From NCBI GenBank assembly GCA_002269645.1, contig NIVC01000084.1, forward strand, positions 248,001 to 312,000: a stretch of DNA of 64,000 nt. The letters run 5' to 3'. Position 1 is the first letter of the stretch; every line of letters begins with the position of its first letter. The notes under the pieces were generated by a model. It searched no databases and was not told the DNA's origin. It saw only the letters and a list, made by a program, of their open reading frames with translations. A program made the translations under genes and the position numbers. The stretch is from Macrostomum lignano. Taxonomy: Eukaryota. This document shows, one piece after another, positions 44,813 to 57,649 of this stretch.

Positions 44813-45945
44813 CGGCTCTCCCAGACACAGCCGCAGGACCTGCACAGCCCTCGTGGTCTCATTAACAGCCTCAGCAACAATGCCAGCAATGAAGTAGTCA
44901 CGCAGGTAGCGAGCCTCGCGGTCTCCATGCAGCACCTTCTCGATCCTGTTGAACTGGTCCCTGTACCGGTCCAGATCGCTCCAGGAGAACCGGTGGCCCA
45001 ACCGGTACAGGAACTCGTGCTGGTGATGCATGGCGGTCACTAGGCTGTCCTTGGTGTAGGAGAGGTCGTCCGCGAATCGAGCTGATGACCGTCTGCGAGA
45101 GCAGAGTTTGTGGATGGCTCTGTGGATTTAGGAGGCCCAGGCAGATCTGATACAGATTGATCAGTTGCAGTTTGTTGTGTGATCTACTCTGATACAGATT
45201 GCTGAGTTGCAGTTTTATAATTGTGTGATCTACTCTGATACAGATTGTTGAGTTGCAGTTTTATAATTGTGTGATCTACTCTGATACAGATTGTTGAGTT
45301 GCAGTTTTATAATTGTGTGATCTACTCTGATACAGATTGTTGAGTTGCAGTTTTATAATTGTGTGATCTACTCTGATACAGATTGTTGAGTTGCAGTTTT
45401 ATAATTGTGTGATCTACTCTGATACAGATTGTTGAGTTGCAGTAGGCCTGATCTAGTCTGACCCAGCAGGCCTGATGAAGGATGCCTCACCTGTCGCGGA
45501 CTTCCAGCGCCAGCTCCTCAGTCAGCAGTCGCTCCATCAGGAATGCCGCAGTCGCCGCGTTGTGGAAGACGTCAGCGCCGAGGCTGGCGAGGCTTCTCAA
45601 CGGCCGCACCGTCTTGAAGCCGAATTGCCGCGTCAGCCTCGATGAATGTCGCTGCCGCAGGTGCTGCACCGACTTTCCCAGCAGCCGCCTCTCTAACAGC
45701 TCTGTCTCGAAGTCCTGCAGGTCAGTCAACGAGTCCAGCAGGTACTTCTCAACCAGCCCGGTCTGGTAGATGGAAGTTCGACGATTCAGCGCCTCGCTGC
45801 GCCGCCAGGCTGCACAGAAGCTCCGTGCTTGCTGGAGCTTCTGGCTGTCTGAAGAAGATGCAGCAGGCAAGCCGTGAGCTGCTGAAGACAGCAGAAGCAG
45901 CAGCAGCAGCAGCAGGCAGCCAGGAAGCAGATTTACAGTTTCCAT
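44810..45945 (-). CDS. Two-exon secreted hypothetical protein, 245 aa
   Basis: Exon 1 45945-45491 has a signal peptide with a poly-Leu core and ends AG|GTGAG. Exon 2 45092-44810 follows TCTCGCAG and continues in frame (EVRDR|RSSARFADDLSY...RLCLGEP*). Confidence 0.8.
45146..45443 (+). repeat. 46-bp intronic minisatellite, ~6 units
   Basis: TCTGATACAGATTGTTGAGTTGCAGTTTTATAATTGTGTGATCTAC; fills most of the 398-bp intron. Confidence 0.95.
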
Positions 45946-47441
45946 TTGAATTATTAGAATAACGATTTTCAGTTGGAGAACGGCTGCATTTCATTGAATT
46001 GAGCCGCATTTTTATGCAACCGTTGGTTCCCGGTCTGCCGGGCGTGAGCGTGGGAAATTCCAATCGAGACCCCTGTCCGCTTTTTCTTTCTGCCGCAAAG
46101 ACTGCAAAAATAGCTTAAAATAGTTTCCATTCAATGGGCTGACATCACAGGCGTCTTCTCTTCCTTTTGGTCTCTGATTGGCGGATGAAAAACCGGAGCT
46201 GAAACTGAGAAATTGCCAGCTTTGCTTTTCTTTGGAAATTCCAAGGGGCAGCACACTGGCATGGGAGGGGGGGGGGGTTGGACCGCTCAAGGCTGTGCTA
46301 TTTTTAGCACATGTCTCGGCGGCGCTCAAATCACGGGCTAGACAATAAAATAAATGTAGCTCTAGGCTATCGCTGAGAAAAAGAATGAGTAAAGATCATT
46401 CTGCATAGTCAAAACGTAATATTACCAATCTCCAATTTTAGCTTGGAGATATTTTACACGTGTTCCTCGTAAATTGTGAGAGGAAGAGAAACGGCTATTT
46501 GTACCATGACCTTTGTGCCCGCTGGGCACTTATTCTTGCCTTTTAATGCCATAAACTACATTTAAGCCCGCTTGCAGGAGTCACACTTACTTTAATGCAA
46601 ATTAGTGGGCAGTTAATGACATTTAACGCCCGATTGTCTATTTCAAACTTACGCTAATTTTGTCCCACTTTTTCAAGGACACAAATGTCTATGGCACAAT
46701 GATAGTAATACCCGTGCATTAATAATATGCACTAACGGCGCCCTCTGATTTTCCCATTAACGCCCTTAAAGCATGGGTATTAATGTACTATTAAGCAGAA
46801 TGCAGTTCGTTTTTCGGCTAAAGGTGACAATCAGAACTGATTCATGCACATGTACTATACATATCTGATAGAACCCCAAATTATCAAAATGGTTAATTTT
46901 ATAATGCTAAATTTACTATAATTTCGCACTAAAAAGTACATTGCCACAGATATAAGAGCCAGTAGAATACTAGATGTCACTTGGCAAAAATGCGCTTAAC
47001 TACATGTATTATTTTCAGTAGCAAATGGAGTTCCGCCGTAACCAACAGTTCACAACAAATCGATGATATCTGTAGCGCTAGCTAATATATTACCAGTAAC
47101 TTACCTTATCTTTTAATGATGTTAACTCCAATGGCAACACATTTCTTACGTCTTACATTAGTTAATAGTGATTGTGTTAAAGTGTTGGCACGAATTCAAA
47201 TTTAATTCAATTAAACGAATGAATGTTTTAAGTTCTAGAGTATAAAATAACAAATATAACTCGTGCTACTTATTAGTAGTAATATTCGATTTATTAAATA
47301 TTATTGATTAATATTGAAATAATGTTACTTTGCAGTACTTAGGACAAGTCTGATGCTACAGAACAACGTTAGCTAAGTGAGCTATGTACATATAACTTGT
47401 TTGTGTAAGTACAGTACATAGAAGTAGTATGTAGCATTTTA

Positions 47442-48567
47442 GCATTTACAAGAAGACATTCGACTCGGTTGTCAGAGCCGTGCTTCCAATGGTGCTCCGC
47501 GCGTACAACGTGCCTGAGCAGCTGATCTCCGCCATCATGGCGATGTACCGTGATACGACAGCTGCTGTGACAACACCGGACGGCCTATCGGACTCCTTTG
47601 AGACATCCTCCGGAGTGCTTCAGGGAGATACGCTGGCGCCGTTCCTGTTCGTCCTGGTGCTTGACTGGGTGCTGCGGACTGCTCTTCCTACCGACGACGA
47701 CGGCTTTCTGCTGCGGCGGTCTGCTGCGGTCGACGTCAACCGGAGAAGCGGCTCAGCGTGCTTGGCTACGCTGACGATCTTGCCCTGCCGTCCTCGACCG
47801 TCGAGGGCGCCCAACGGCAGCTGGACAGGCTAGTTGCGGCGAGCGTCGGCCTGGTGGTCAACACGCAGAAGACCGTTGTGCTCTGCGTACCGGACGACGT
47901 CGAGGCTGCAATATTCTGCCGAGGCGCTGACGGGCAGGCGACGGAGCTCCCGCGATGTCAGCAGTTCGTCTACCTCGGCGGTCTGGTTCCAGACGCTTGC
48001 GAGGACCTGCGACGCCGCCGCGGGCTTGCCTGGGCTGCCTTTCGTTCTATAAGGTCAGTCCTGCAGTCCGAGGCCCTACCGGACCGTCAGAGGGCGGCGC
48101 TGTTCCAGGCGGTGATCGAGACCGTCCTGTTCTACAACGCCGAGACCTGGACGCTGACGGACTCACTCGAACAGCAAGTCGATGCGGCGCACGCTGGCCT
48201 GCTGCGCGCCACCTTCAACATCGGCGTCGAGTGAGTCAACAACGCGGCACTCTATCACCGCGCTGGCCTGCCACGTCCAAGTGACCTGCTGCGCCGTCGG
48301 CGACTCCAGCTCGCAGGCCATCTCATCCGCGCCGAGTCGTACTGCCCACAAGCCGGTGCAGGAGGTGCTGCTGCTCACGCTGCAGGCACCCTACCGGCGA
48401 GGTCAAGCGCGAACTCGGCGTTACGTCGACTGTCTGCTGGCTGACGCCGGCGCCCCGGACACTGCCGGTGGCGCGGCCTTTGTTCGCGCCCAAGCCATGA
48501 AGCGCGCCCTGTGACGCTGACTTTTGCCATCCTGACAGCGTATTTTGTTGTTGGTGTTGTTTGTTGT
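47442..48567 (+). mobile_element. 5'-truncated RTE-type non-LTR retrotransposon with 12-bp TSD
   Basis: RT motifs YKKTFDSV, GVLQGDTLAPFLF, LGYADD and FVYLGG; (TTG)n-like tail. Direct repeat TGTAGCATTTTA at 47430-47441 and 48568-48579. Frameshift near 47710-47730 and stop at 48232-48234. Confidence 0.92.
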
Positions 48568-50240
48568 TGTAGCATTTTACCCAAACGTGCCATACGAGCG
48601 TATTGATGCGAAAAAATAAAGTTTTCGTTGTAAATTTCATCCTCATACGATTGATTTTTTTCAAAAAACAACTTTTTAAACAAACAAATCCAAAGCCACT
48701 GAGTCATAACTAATATATTTAATAGTTTAATATTGTGTTAAAAAGTATAGCAGTACCACGTGCAACTTTAGGTACTTGCTACATCCTTATATATGTCAGA
48801 AAAGTTAACCAATAAGAGTTTTAAATATTGAATGATTAACAGAATCTATCATTAAAGGTCAGCTTGGATTGTAAAAAAAATTCTGAAAACAGTTCAGAGT
48901 TGTGCAAGTAAAAACTCGTTCTTGACAGACATAAGAAAATAAGACATGATTTCTGTAAAATCTTGGAATGTTGGTTTGGTCTGAACAACTGGCGTATAGA
49001 TAGGAGGTTCACAATACCGCATTAAGCTACGAAATCCATAAATATCAGATAAGTACTGAAGCCTGTATAGCCATGGAGTTTCGCTCAAAAATGTATCACT
49101 GAACAAAATACAATAACCCATTTAACCATTTGAGACGCACAGCAACACAATACTATTGGATATCCAATAAGCTAAGCAATTTTATAAGATAAAGCTCGGA
49201 TTAAAACATCAGTTTTCAATAAGATTCTTTTTTTAAAAACGAAACGAATAACAACTCAAAACTAATGAAGTAGAACACACAAAAATTTTACCTGGATAAA
49301 GCGCGTGCTTGGATAGGGAAATACTGTACATAACACATGGCATAATGTACATGTTATATCAAACGGGGGGACAGTCATCAGAGTAAGAAAAGTATCTAAA
49401 AGTCTTGGAATTTAAAAAAAATTCGAAATGAAATTTTTTAGAATGTGTAAAGCTTGCACTATCTAGCAAAGTACATGAGATAGATAGACGTCATGGCAAG
49501 GATGAATGGATGGTATCAATTAGTCAATTCACTGAAACAAGGCACGCATAAATTTTTGCATAGGTAAAATCTCATCTGATGACATATCACACTTGTAAAA
49601 ATAGCTCTCTTAATCTAAGGATTAAAATAGTGTCAAAAAAACAAAACAGAACCATTTCTCAATCTCTAAGAGATACAGTTAAATAGAGGTTTTCAGCTAA
49701 AATCGTCAAGCTTCATAAAAAACCCAATGAAAAATAGTAGGTTGGGCCATAGACAACATGCAAATTTCTGACTGATAAACTCTATTTTATCACGGAACAT
49801 TCTGTGCTGCTTTTCTTAGAAATGAGCCGAAAGCCGGTGAGGATGTCTATGGCTGCTGTCTGCTGTCTATGGCCAAACCTATCTTTATCCAATAGGCTTT
49901 TCGTTATTTTATCACTTTTAGCATGACAAAAAAGGCAATATAACGGGTATCTCAATAACAATGGACCCCAATTCAGATGCTGTCTTCCGTGAGCTCGGCC
50001 CCAGGGCAGGGCTACTGTTCCCTGAGGCAAAACATGCAAGGCGGCAGTCAAAGCCAAAATGCAAACTTATTTCCAATTGTCAGCTCTTCTAGTTAAGTTT
50101 TGAACGCATCCGATTAAGATGGAGTTTCCTAGTATACAATAATTTTGGCCACTTTTTATTGAGATACCCCGTGTATATCTCTTAAATAAGTTCTGCAGGA
50201 TCAATTCCCTCAGAATCGGTAGCTTCACACGCTTAATCAC

Positions 50241-53200
50241 TCAGGCTACCTGATTTTCGTCAACATCAGTCTTAGAACTAGTATAGGCACCAATTTTAAC
50301 TGCAGTCTTTGTCGAAGCCGACATGGCGCCACTATCCATCTCCTTAGCAACTGTGGCATCGGCCGCAATGTCGAGCAGATCAACAGCTCTACTAGCCCGA
50401 CTAACCAGAAAGCACTCGGTGGCAAACAGGAAGCCAACAACTTTCAATCCCAGAATGACGCCAATCCACATGTAGGGCAGTCTGGTCAAGTCGTACTCCA
50501 TGCACGCCGAGGCGTCTGCGTTGCTGCAAGCCGAATCGGACGAACGCATCAGGCAGTTGAAATCGAACAGGCTGCCAAAGTAGATCGGGGCCGGTATGAA
50601 AGCTAATAAACGTTGCAGAATATTTTGAATGCCCAATGCAAAGCTGCTGTCCGACTCGGAGACACAGGACAAAGTGAGGATGTGGCTGGGCTCGTAGCCG
50701 CAGGCGGTCAGCAGCACAATGATGAACAGCAGTGCACAGAACGGGCCAAACGTGTAGCAAGCAGCCGAGCATTTACCGCCAGTGACGTAACCACCGGGCA
50801 GACTGGCATTGGTTGCTATGGGAACGCATGAGCAGTCGGTGTAATTCCAGGAATCGCTCGACCCTGACGAGGACTGCTTTGATTGACAGCCGGCGTGGCA
50901 CGGCGTGAAGTAGGTTGTTCCCGTGAGCTGAGTAGGGTGGGGCGAGTTGAACTTTACATTGCGAAAACGTGTCAAATTTGTGGTCTATAAGCATACAATT
51001 AATCGCTTTACACTCTTCAATCACTACTTGTCAGTAAGTGATAGTAACTTTACCAATAAGATTAACCTGGCTGCTTCCTGAGCTTGCGTGCGCTAACCTG
51101 GCTGCGGGTCGGCCGTTGCCTTGATTTGCGCCAGAGTGGAAGTACCGCCTGCGAACTGACTGTAACTAACTAACTAACTGACTGACTGACTGACTGACTG
51201 ACTGACTGACTGACTGACTGACTAACTAACTGACTGACTGACTGACTGACTGACTGACTGACTGACTGACTGACTGACTGACTGACTGACTGACTGACTA
51301 ACTGACTGACTGACTGACTGACTGACTAACTGACTGACTGACTGACTGACTGACTGACTGACTGACTGACTGACTGACTGACTGACTGACTGACTGACTG
51401 ACTGACTGACTGACTGACTGACTGACTGACTGACTGACTGACTGACTGACTGACTGACTGACTGACTGACTAACTGACTGACTGACTGACTGACTGATTG
51501 ACTGACTGACTGACTGACTGACTGACTGACTGACTGACTGACTGACTGACTAACTGACTGACCGACTGACTGACTGACTGACTGACTAACTAACTAACTG
51601 CCTGAAGAACTGACCAATCAACTAGTTTTCAGGATGATCTTACACTTATAATTTAAACCTACTAGTGAAAAGTAAGTGGAAATGATCCACAAGAAACCAG
51701 AAGCGACTGCAGATAGCTTGTATGTCACAAAGCAGAGGAATGAACAAAAACTCACAGCATCGCATGCCGGATCGTAGCTGAGACTGCCGCAATGGCAGGC
51801 GGCATTGCAGCTCACATTTAGCTGCAACTGAGCAGCAGCTGTTGATGATGAAGCCGCCGCACTGCTAGTAGCCGGGATGCCATACTGAGCATTCAGTCCC
51901 GCCATGCTGACATTCGGACAGGTGCAAAATGCCAGGCCAATAGTGAGCAATGTGGTAGCGGCGCACAGGCCCATCATGAGTAGGCTCACCGATTTGTTGC
52001 TAGGCCTATAGCGGCGCATTATTAAAGCCCCGGCGCCGATGCCAATCACGGCGCTAGGAATGACGAGAGCGCCTGGTAGTAGTTTTGGGGGGAGCAAGTT
52101 TGTTAAACCGAAGCTGGTGGTGTCAGAATGGGAGTTAAACCGAGGATCTGTCGGGATGGACACTGAAGGATGTGTCGGGATGGACACTGAAGGATGTGTC
52201 GGGATGGACACTGAAGGATGTGTCGGGATGGACACTGAAGGATGTGTCATGATGGACACTGAAGGATGTGTCGGGATGGACACTGAAGGATGTGTCATGA
52301 TGGACACTGAAGGATGTGTCATGATGGACACTGAAGGATGTGTCGGGATGGACGCTGAAGGATGTCGGTCGGGATGGACACTGAAGGATGTGTCGGGATG
52401 GACACTGAAGGATGTGTCGGGATGGACACTGAAGGATGTGTCGGGATGGACACTGAAGGATGTGTCGGGATGGACGCTGAAGGATGTGTCGGGATGGACA
52501 CTGAAGGATGTGTCATGATGGACACTGAAGGATGTGTCGGGATGGACACTGAAGGATGTGTCAGGATGGACACTGAAGGATGTGTCATGATGGACACTGA
52601 AGGATGTGTCGGGATGGACGCTGAAGGATGTGTCGGGATGGACACTGAAGGATGTCATGATGGACGCTGAAGGATGTCGGTCGGGATGGACACTGAAGGA
52701 TGTGTCGGGATGGACACTGAAGGATGTGTCGGGATGGACGCTGAAGGATGTGTCGGGATGGACACTGAAGGATGTGTCGGGATGGACGCTGAAGGATGTG
52801 TCGGGATGGACACTGAAGGATGTGTCAGGATGGACACTGAAGGATGTGTCGGGATGGACGCTGAAGGATGTGTCGGGATGGACACTGAAGGATGTCATGA
52901 TGGACACTGAAGGATGTCATGATGGACACTGAAGGATGTGTCATGATGGACACTGAAGGATGTGTCGGGATGGACGCTGAAGGATGTCGGTCGGGATGGA
53001 CACTGAAGGATGTGTCGGGATGGACACTGGATGTGTCGGGATGGACACTGAAGGATGTGTCGGGATGGGATGGACACTGAAGGATGTGTCATGATGGACA
53101 CTGAAGGATGTGTCATGATGGACACTGAAGGATGTGTCATGATGGACACTGAAGGATGTGTCGGGATGGACACTGAAGGATGTCAAAATATACACTTAAG

Positions 53201-53606
53201 GACCTGTTAGTCAACGAAATATATAAAAAGTCACTGAATTGAGGTTTAAAAATCAAGACACAAACCTGTGATGATGCTAGATTGCGTCACTGGGATATTA
53301 AAAGACTTTTGCATGTACTTGTTGACATAAGCAACGAAGGCTTGTACTACAGACTGCTCGGCCACAATTAGCAGACTGATAAACAGCCATAACGCGTTTT
53401 TGAACAGCCGCTTTAAACCGGCTGGGATGTCACGAATGTGCGGCTTCTCAGCCGGACTCAAAGAAGCTGCCGACTGATCCAGAGCCGAGTTAGGCTCTTC
53501 ATCGTCATCATTTGTTGAAGACACAATCGCTGCGTCGCTATTTGTTGTTGAAGAATTTCGCGTCAACTCGTCGGCGTCTAGAGAAGACGTTGAACGTTGC
53601 GCTTTT

Positions 53607-53638
<32 letters not shown>

Positions 53639-55030
53639 TTGCTTCTGCAACCGTTTCGCTGCAGTGCGCGGCATTACGGTTGGAAATGCCAGTAGAGGAA
53701 CAGCCACCAGCAGAGCGAGACCAGCGAAAATGACGAATCCTAGCCACCAGGCTCCCGTCCATAGAGGATGGCTGGTTGTTAAGCCGTCGGGCGCTGAGCT
53801 TGGAAAGTTCACGTACAACGACAGGAACACAGCGCCGCCTAGGAAGCCGCAAGCCGGTCCAAGAGCGCTAGTGATGTGCAACGAAGCCGCGTACAGAGGA
53901 TAGCTTTTCTGAGGTACATTGTCCCACAGGTAGGTTGGGGCGAGGATGTACACGGGGCTAGCGCCCAGGCCAATGAGACCAAAGCTCAGGCATAGGATCA
54001 GCAAGGCTGAGTCCTGCACTTGACAGTTCATATCTGAAGTGCCGCCACCGCCTCCCCCGCTGCACAGCTTGACTCCACTGCTACTAATCGTGGAGGCAGA
54101 AGAGCCAGTCGAAGAAGAGGAAGCATTGCCAGACACTGGCACCGTGTTACTAATGGCGCTGCCAAGGAAGTGAGGAAAAGCAAAGAAAAAATATCCAATA
54201 CCAATGACTGCGCAGCCAATGCCCAATAGACGGGATCTGTTGCCGCCGTGACCAAAATACGAAATAAAGAATGTAGCCACAATGCAGAACACTTCATACG
54301 ACGCGTATATGTAGCCAATCTCTTTAGTTGTTAGTCCGTATCTCAGCTCAATAGTAGTATTGATGCTATTAATATAGCCGCTGACTATGAAGCTTTGCAC
54401 AAAGTACAAGCCAATGACGGACACAAGGAATGGCAGGGGGCGGGCGAGCGGCTGCAGACAAGCAGGGTGGTAGCAGAACAGGCCACACTGGGTGAGCTTT
54501 GGGTCCAGCTCTGGCTCCGTCGATGTCGTCGTTGTCGTAGCCTCCGAAGCGTCGTTGACAATTCCGACATCGTCCCCGTCCGAAGCCGAAGTTGGCGTCT
54601 CTAGCTGGGTGGCGCCGACTGCCAACTCGTAGTCTTGAGCTCGACTGCTGCCATGCTGATGCTGATCCTGTCGATTGTCAACGATTGACTCGGTGTTGAA
54701 GCCTCCAGGCAGGATGGCCAGGCCTGGAAGAAACAGCTGGTGCGGAGTCGGCGGGCAGCTGTGCATTCGCCGATGGCCCAGAGCGGCTCCGTGTCGGTTC
54801 TGCTGCTGATGATGACGAGGCACGACGCGAGGTCCAGGCGCAAACGAATGCGCTCGAGCCACCACGGCTGACTTATCAGTAGACGATGCGTGGTTGTGAT
54901 GATGATTATTGAGCGGCCCGGCGTCGCTTTTTAATCGGCGATGACCGTTGGGGGCGGCGGTGCTGTGCTCATGGCCGCCGTTAGGGGCGGCGGTGCTGTG
55001 CTCATGGCCCCCGTTTTGACCCGGCGGCAT
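50241..55030 (-). CDS. Organic anion transporting polypeptide (SLCO/OATP family), ~922 aa
   Basis: Exons 55030 (ATG; ORF open to 55069)-53266, 52072-51756 and 50927-50241 are phase-consistent. Motifs SFIVSGYINSINTTIELRYGL, WTGAWWLGF, Kazal-like CDA|LTGTTYFTPCHAGC and LAFIPAPIYFGSLFD. An upstream exon is possible (acceptor at ~55087). Confidence 0.93.
51164..51601 (+). repeat. (CTGA)n microsatellite in SLCO intron
   Basis: Direct reading. Confidence 0.98.
52146..53184 (+). repeat. 24-bp minisatellite (GTCGGGATGGACACTGAAGGATGT) in SLCO intron
   Basis: Period 24; CATGA and GACGCT variants. Confidence 0.97.
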
Positions 55031-55169
55031 GTTGCCGCTGGGCGTCAAGGATGCTGGATTGGACGCCACAACTGCTAATATTGCGCTGTAAAATTAGTTC
55101 TTTTATAGATACTCTTATTATATCATTATTAGAGATTTAGAAACACTACAGATAGAACAAAAATCTGTT

Positions 55170-56306
55170 TGTCTGTCTCTCTTCGAGTCTTAGTGTTTGC
55201 TTGTCCGTCCATCTTCGTGTCTTAGTGCTTCAGTCTGTTTTCGTGTCCTAGTGCTTCAGTCTGTCTTCGTGTCTTAGTGCTTCAGTCTGTCTTCGTGTCT
55301 TAGTGCTTCAGTCTGTCTTCGTGTCTTAGTGCTTCAGTCTGTTTTCGTGTCTTAGTGCTTCTGTCTGTCTTCGTGTCTTAGTGCTTCTGTCTGTCTTCGT
55401 GTCTTAGTGCTTCTGTCTGTCTTCGTGTCTTAGTGCTTCTGTCTGTCTTCGTGTCTTAGTGCTTCTGTCTGTCTTCGTGTCTTAGTGCTTCTGTCTGTCT
55501 TCGTGTCTTAGTGCTTCTGTCTGTCTTCGTGTCTTAGTGCTTCTGTCTGTTTTCGTGTCTTAGTGCTTCTGTCTGTCTTCGTGTCTTAGTGCTTCAGTCT
55601 GTCTTCGTGTCTTAGTGCTTCTGTCTGTCTTCGTATCTTAGTGCTTCTGTCTGTCTTCGTGTCTTAGTGCTTCTGTCTGTCTTCGTGTCTTAGTGCTTCT
55701 GTCTGTCTTCGTGTCTTAGTGCTTCTGTCTGTCTTCGTGTCTTAGTGCTTCTGTCTGTCTTCGTGTCTTAGTGCTTCTGTCTGTCTTCGTGTCTTAGTGC
55801 TTCTGTCTGTCTTCGTGTCTTAGTGCTTCTGTCTGTCTTCGTGTCTTAGTGCTTCTGTCTGTTTTCGTGTCTTAGTGCTTCTGTCTGTCTTCGTGTCTTA
55901 GTGCTTCTGTGCGTATTCGTGTCTTAGCGCTTCTGTCTGTCTTCGTGTCTTAGTGCTTCTGTCTGTCTTCGTGTCTTAGCGCTTCTGTCTGTCTTCGTGT
56001 CTTAGTGCTTCTGTCTGTCTTCGTGTCTTAGCGCTTCTGTGCGTATTCGTGTCTTAGCGCTTCTGTCTGTCTTCGTGTCTTAGCGCTTCTGTCTGTCTTC
56101 GTGTCTTAGCGCTTCTGTGCGTATTCGTGTCTTAGCGCTTCTGTCTGTCTTCGTGTCTTAGTGCTTCTGTCTGTCTTCGTGTCTTAGCGCTTCTGTGCGT
56201 ATTCGTGTCTTAGCGCTTCTGTGCGTATTCGTGTCTTAGCGCTTCTGTGCGTATTCGTGTCTTAGCGCTTCTGTCTGTCTTCGTGTCTTAGTGCTTCTGT
56301 CTGTCT
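55170..56306 (+). repeat. 26-bp minisatellite (GTCTTAGTGCTTCTGTCTGTCTTCGT), ~43 units
   Basis: Period 26 read directly. Confidence 0.97.
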
Positions 56307-57649
56307 CAGTGTCCTGGTGGTCTGTCTGTCTGTTTTAGTTTCGTGGTGTTTCTGTCTGTCTTTGTGTCCGTTTGTCTGCTTTTCCATCGACCTTGTAGAA
56401 CTTTTCATGACAATGACATGCTACATACTCGTATATATCACACCTGTCTACGATACATCCAAGAAGTGTTTTTAAAATATTCCAAGATTCCAAGATACGA
56501 CAGCACATACTTTTCTTATGTTTTAGACTTTTCTTTTGTTTTTATAAATATAACTATTATGTTTTGAACCGCAAAATGATTAGGTAACCTCAGAGACTGT
56601 CACTATCTATTGCGTATGGTGAGTATATAATATAATATTTTATATATCAAATAATTAGACCAAGAAAACAGGCTAAAAATTGCGAGCATAATAGAAGATA
56701 AACTAAATAAGAGAATTTATAAACTGCATATTTAATTATATGGAATATACAGACTGCACACATGCATACGGGTACGGCACACAAAGCTCTAGTGCAGTGC
56801 TTCCACAGCCGGAACTAAGCGCTAAGCCTATCAAACCCCCCCTCCCAACCTGACAACGCCTTAGCAACGGCATGAATAAAGTCTAACAGGCAGACAATGT
56901 TAGCTCAGTGCTAGCAGAATATGAGTATAGGAGAGATATAAGGGGGTAAGAGAGAAAATAAGATTAAACAGTGTGCTGGACTCGCACGGATTTACTATGG
57001 GCACACCACACACACACAATGAGCTTGAGCACAGGATTTTAGCAAAATGTGTAAAGCTAGGTTTAGTGAAACACTAAAAGTACACTAAGTGTTTTCCTCT
57101 CTTCTCTCACTCTGCCTGATTAAGTAAGCAGTTCAAATTTAAGGGCGGAAAATCACGTGAATCGGTCTAGGGGTTCAGGTATATATTAAGGCAAAAACAA
57201 CTAGCTACCGGGCTACAGGCAATAAAAAACAAAAAAATACTGAGAAGTAAGAAAGCAGTAACAGGTGCTTGGCTAGCAGTATAGCAGTGATTTCTAAGCC
57301 AAAGATTGGGCCTACAAAAATCCACCCAGTCTTTGTGATAAGTCTCTCTCGAGGGTTCTCTCTTTCACAAAAACTCGCAAATTCTTAATTCTTTAATTCT
57401 TTATTCTCGAATAGTAGTATCTGCAGTTGAAATACTTGTCAGGTGAAAATCATAACCCAGTTGTCCTAGTTTGATTTCTTAGTCATTTAAGCATGTAGGC
57501 TTGTGAGTAGAAGGCTAGGGCTGCATGGATTCAGAACTGAAGCTGTTAGCAGGTCGTAAGAGTATTTAAGGTGTAACAATGTAAAACTACTTCAAGCAGT
57601 CCCTACCTTCAAAACTCCTTGGCCGTAGTTGAGATTAGAACAGTGGGAA

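Noticed and set aside
23655-45945. Receptor-ligand cluster linking the GPCR with the nearby secreted proteins
   Set aside because: Proximity of 12-15 kb in an animal genome is not evidence of functional linkage.
51618-52907. 429-aa ORF with (SVHPDTSF)n fused to an SLCO exon
   Set aside because: A good phase-matched acceptor at 52073-52075 places the repeat in the intron.
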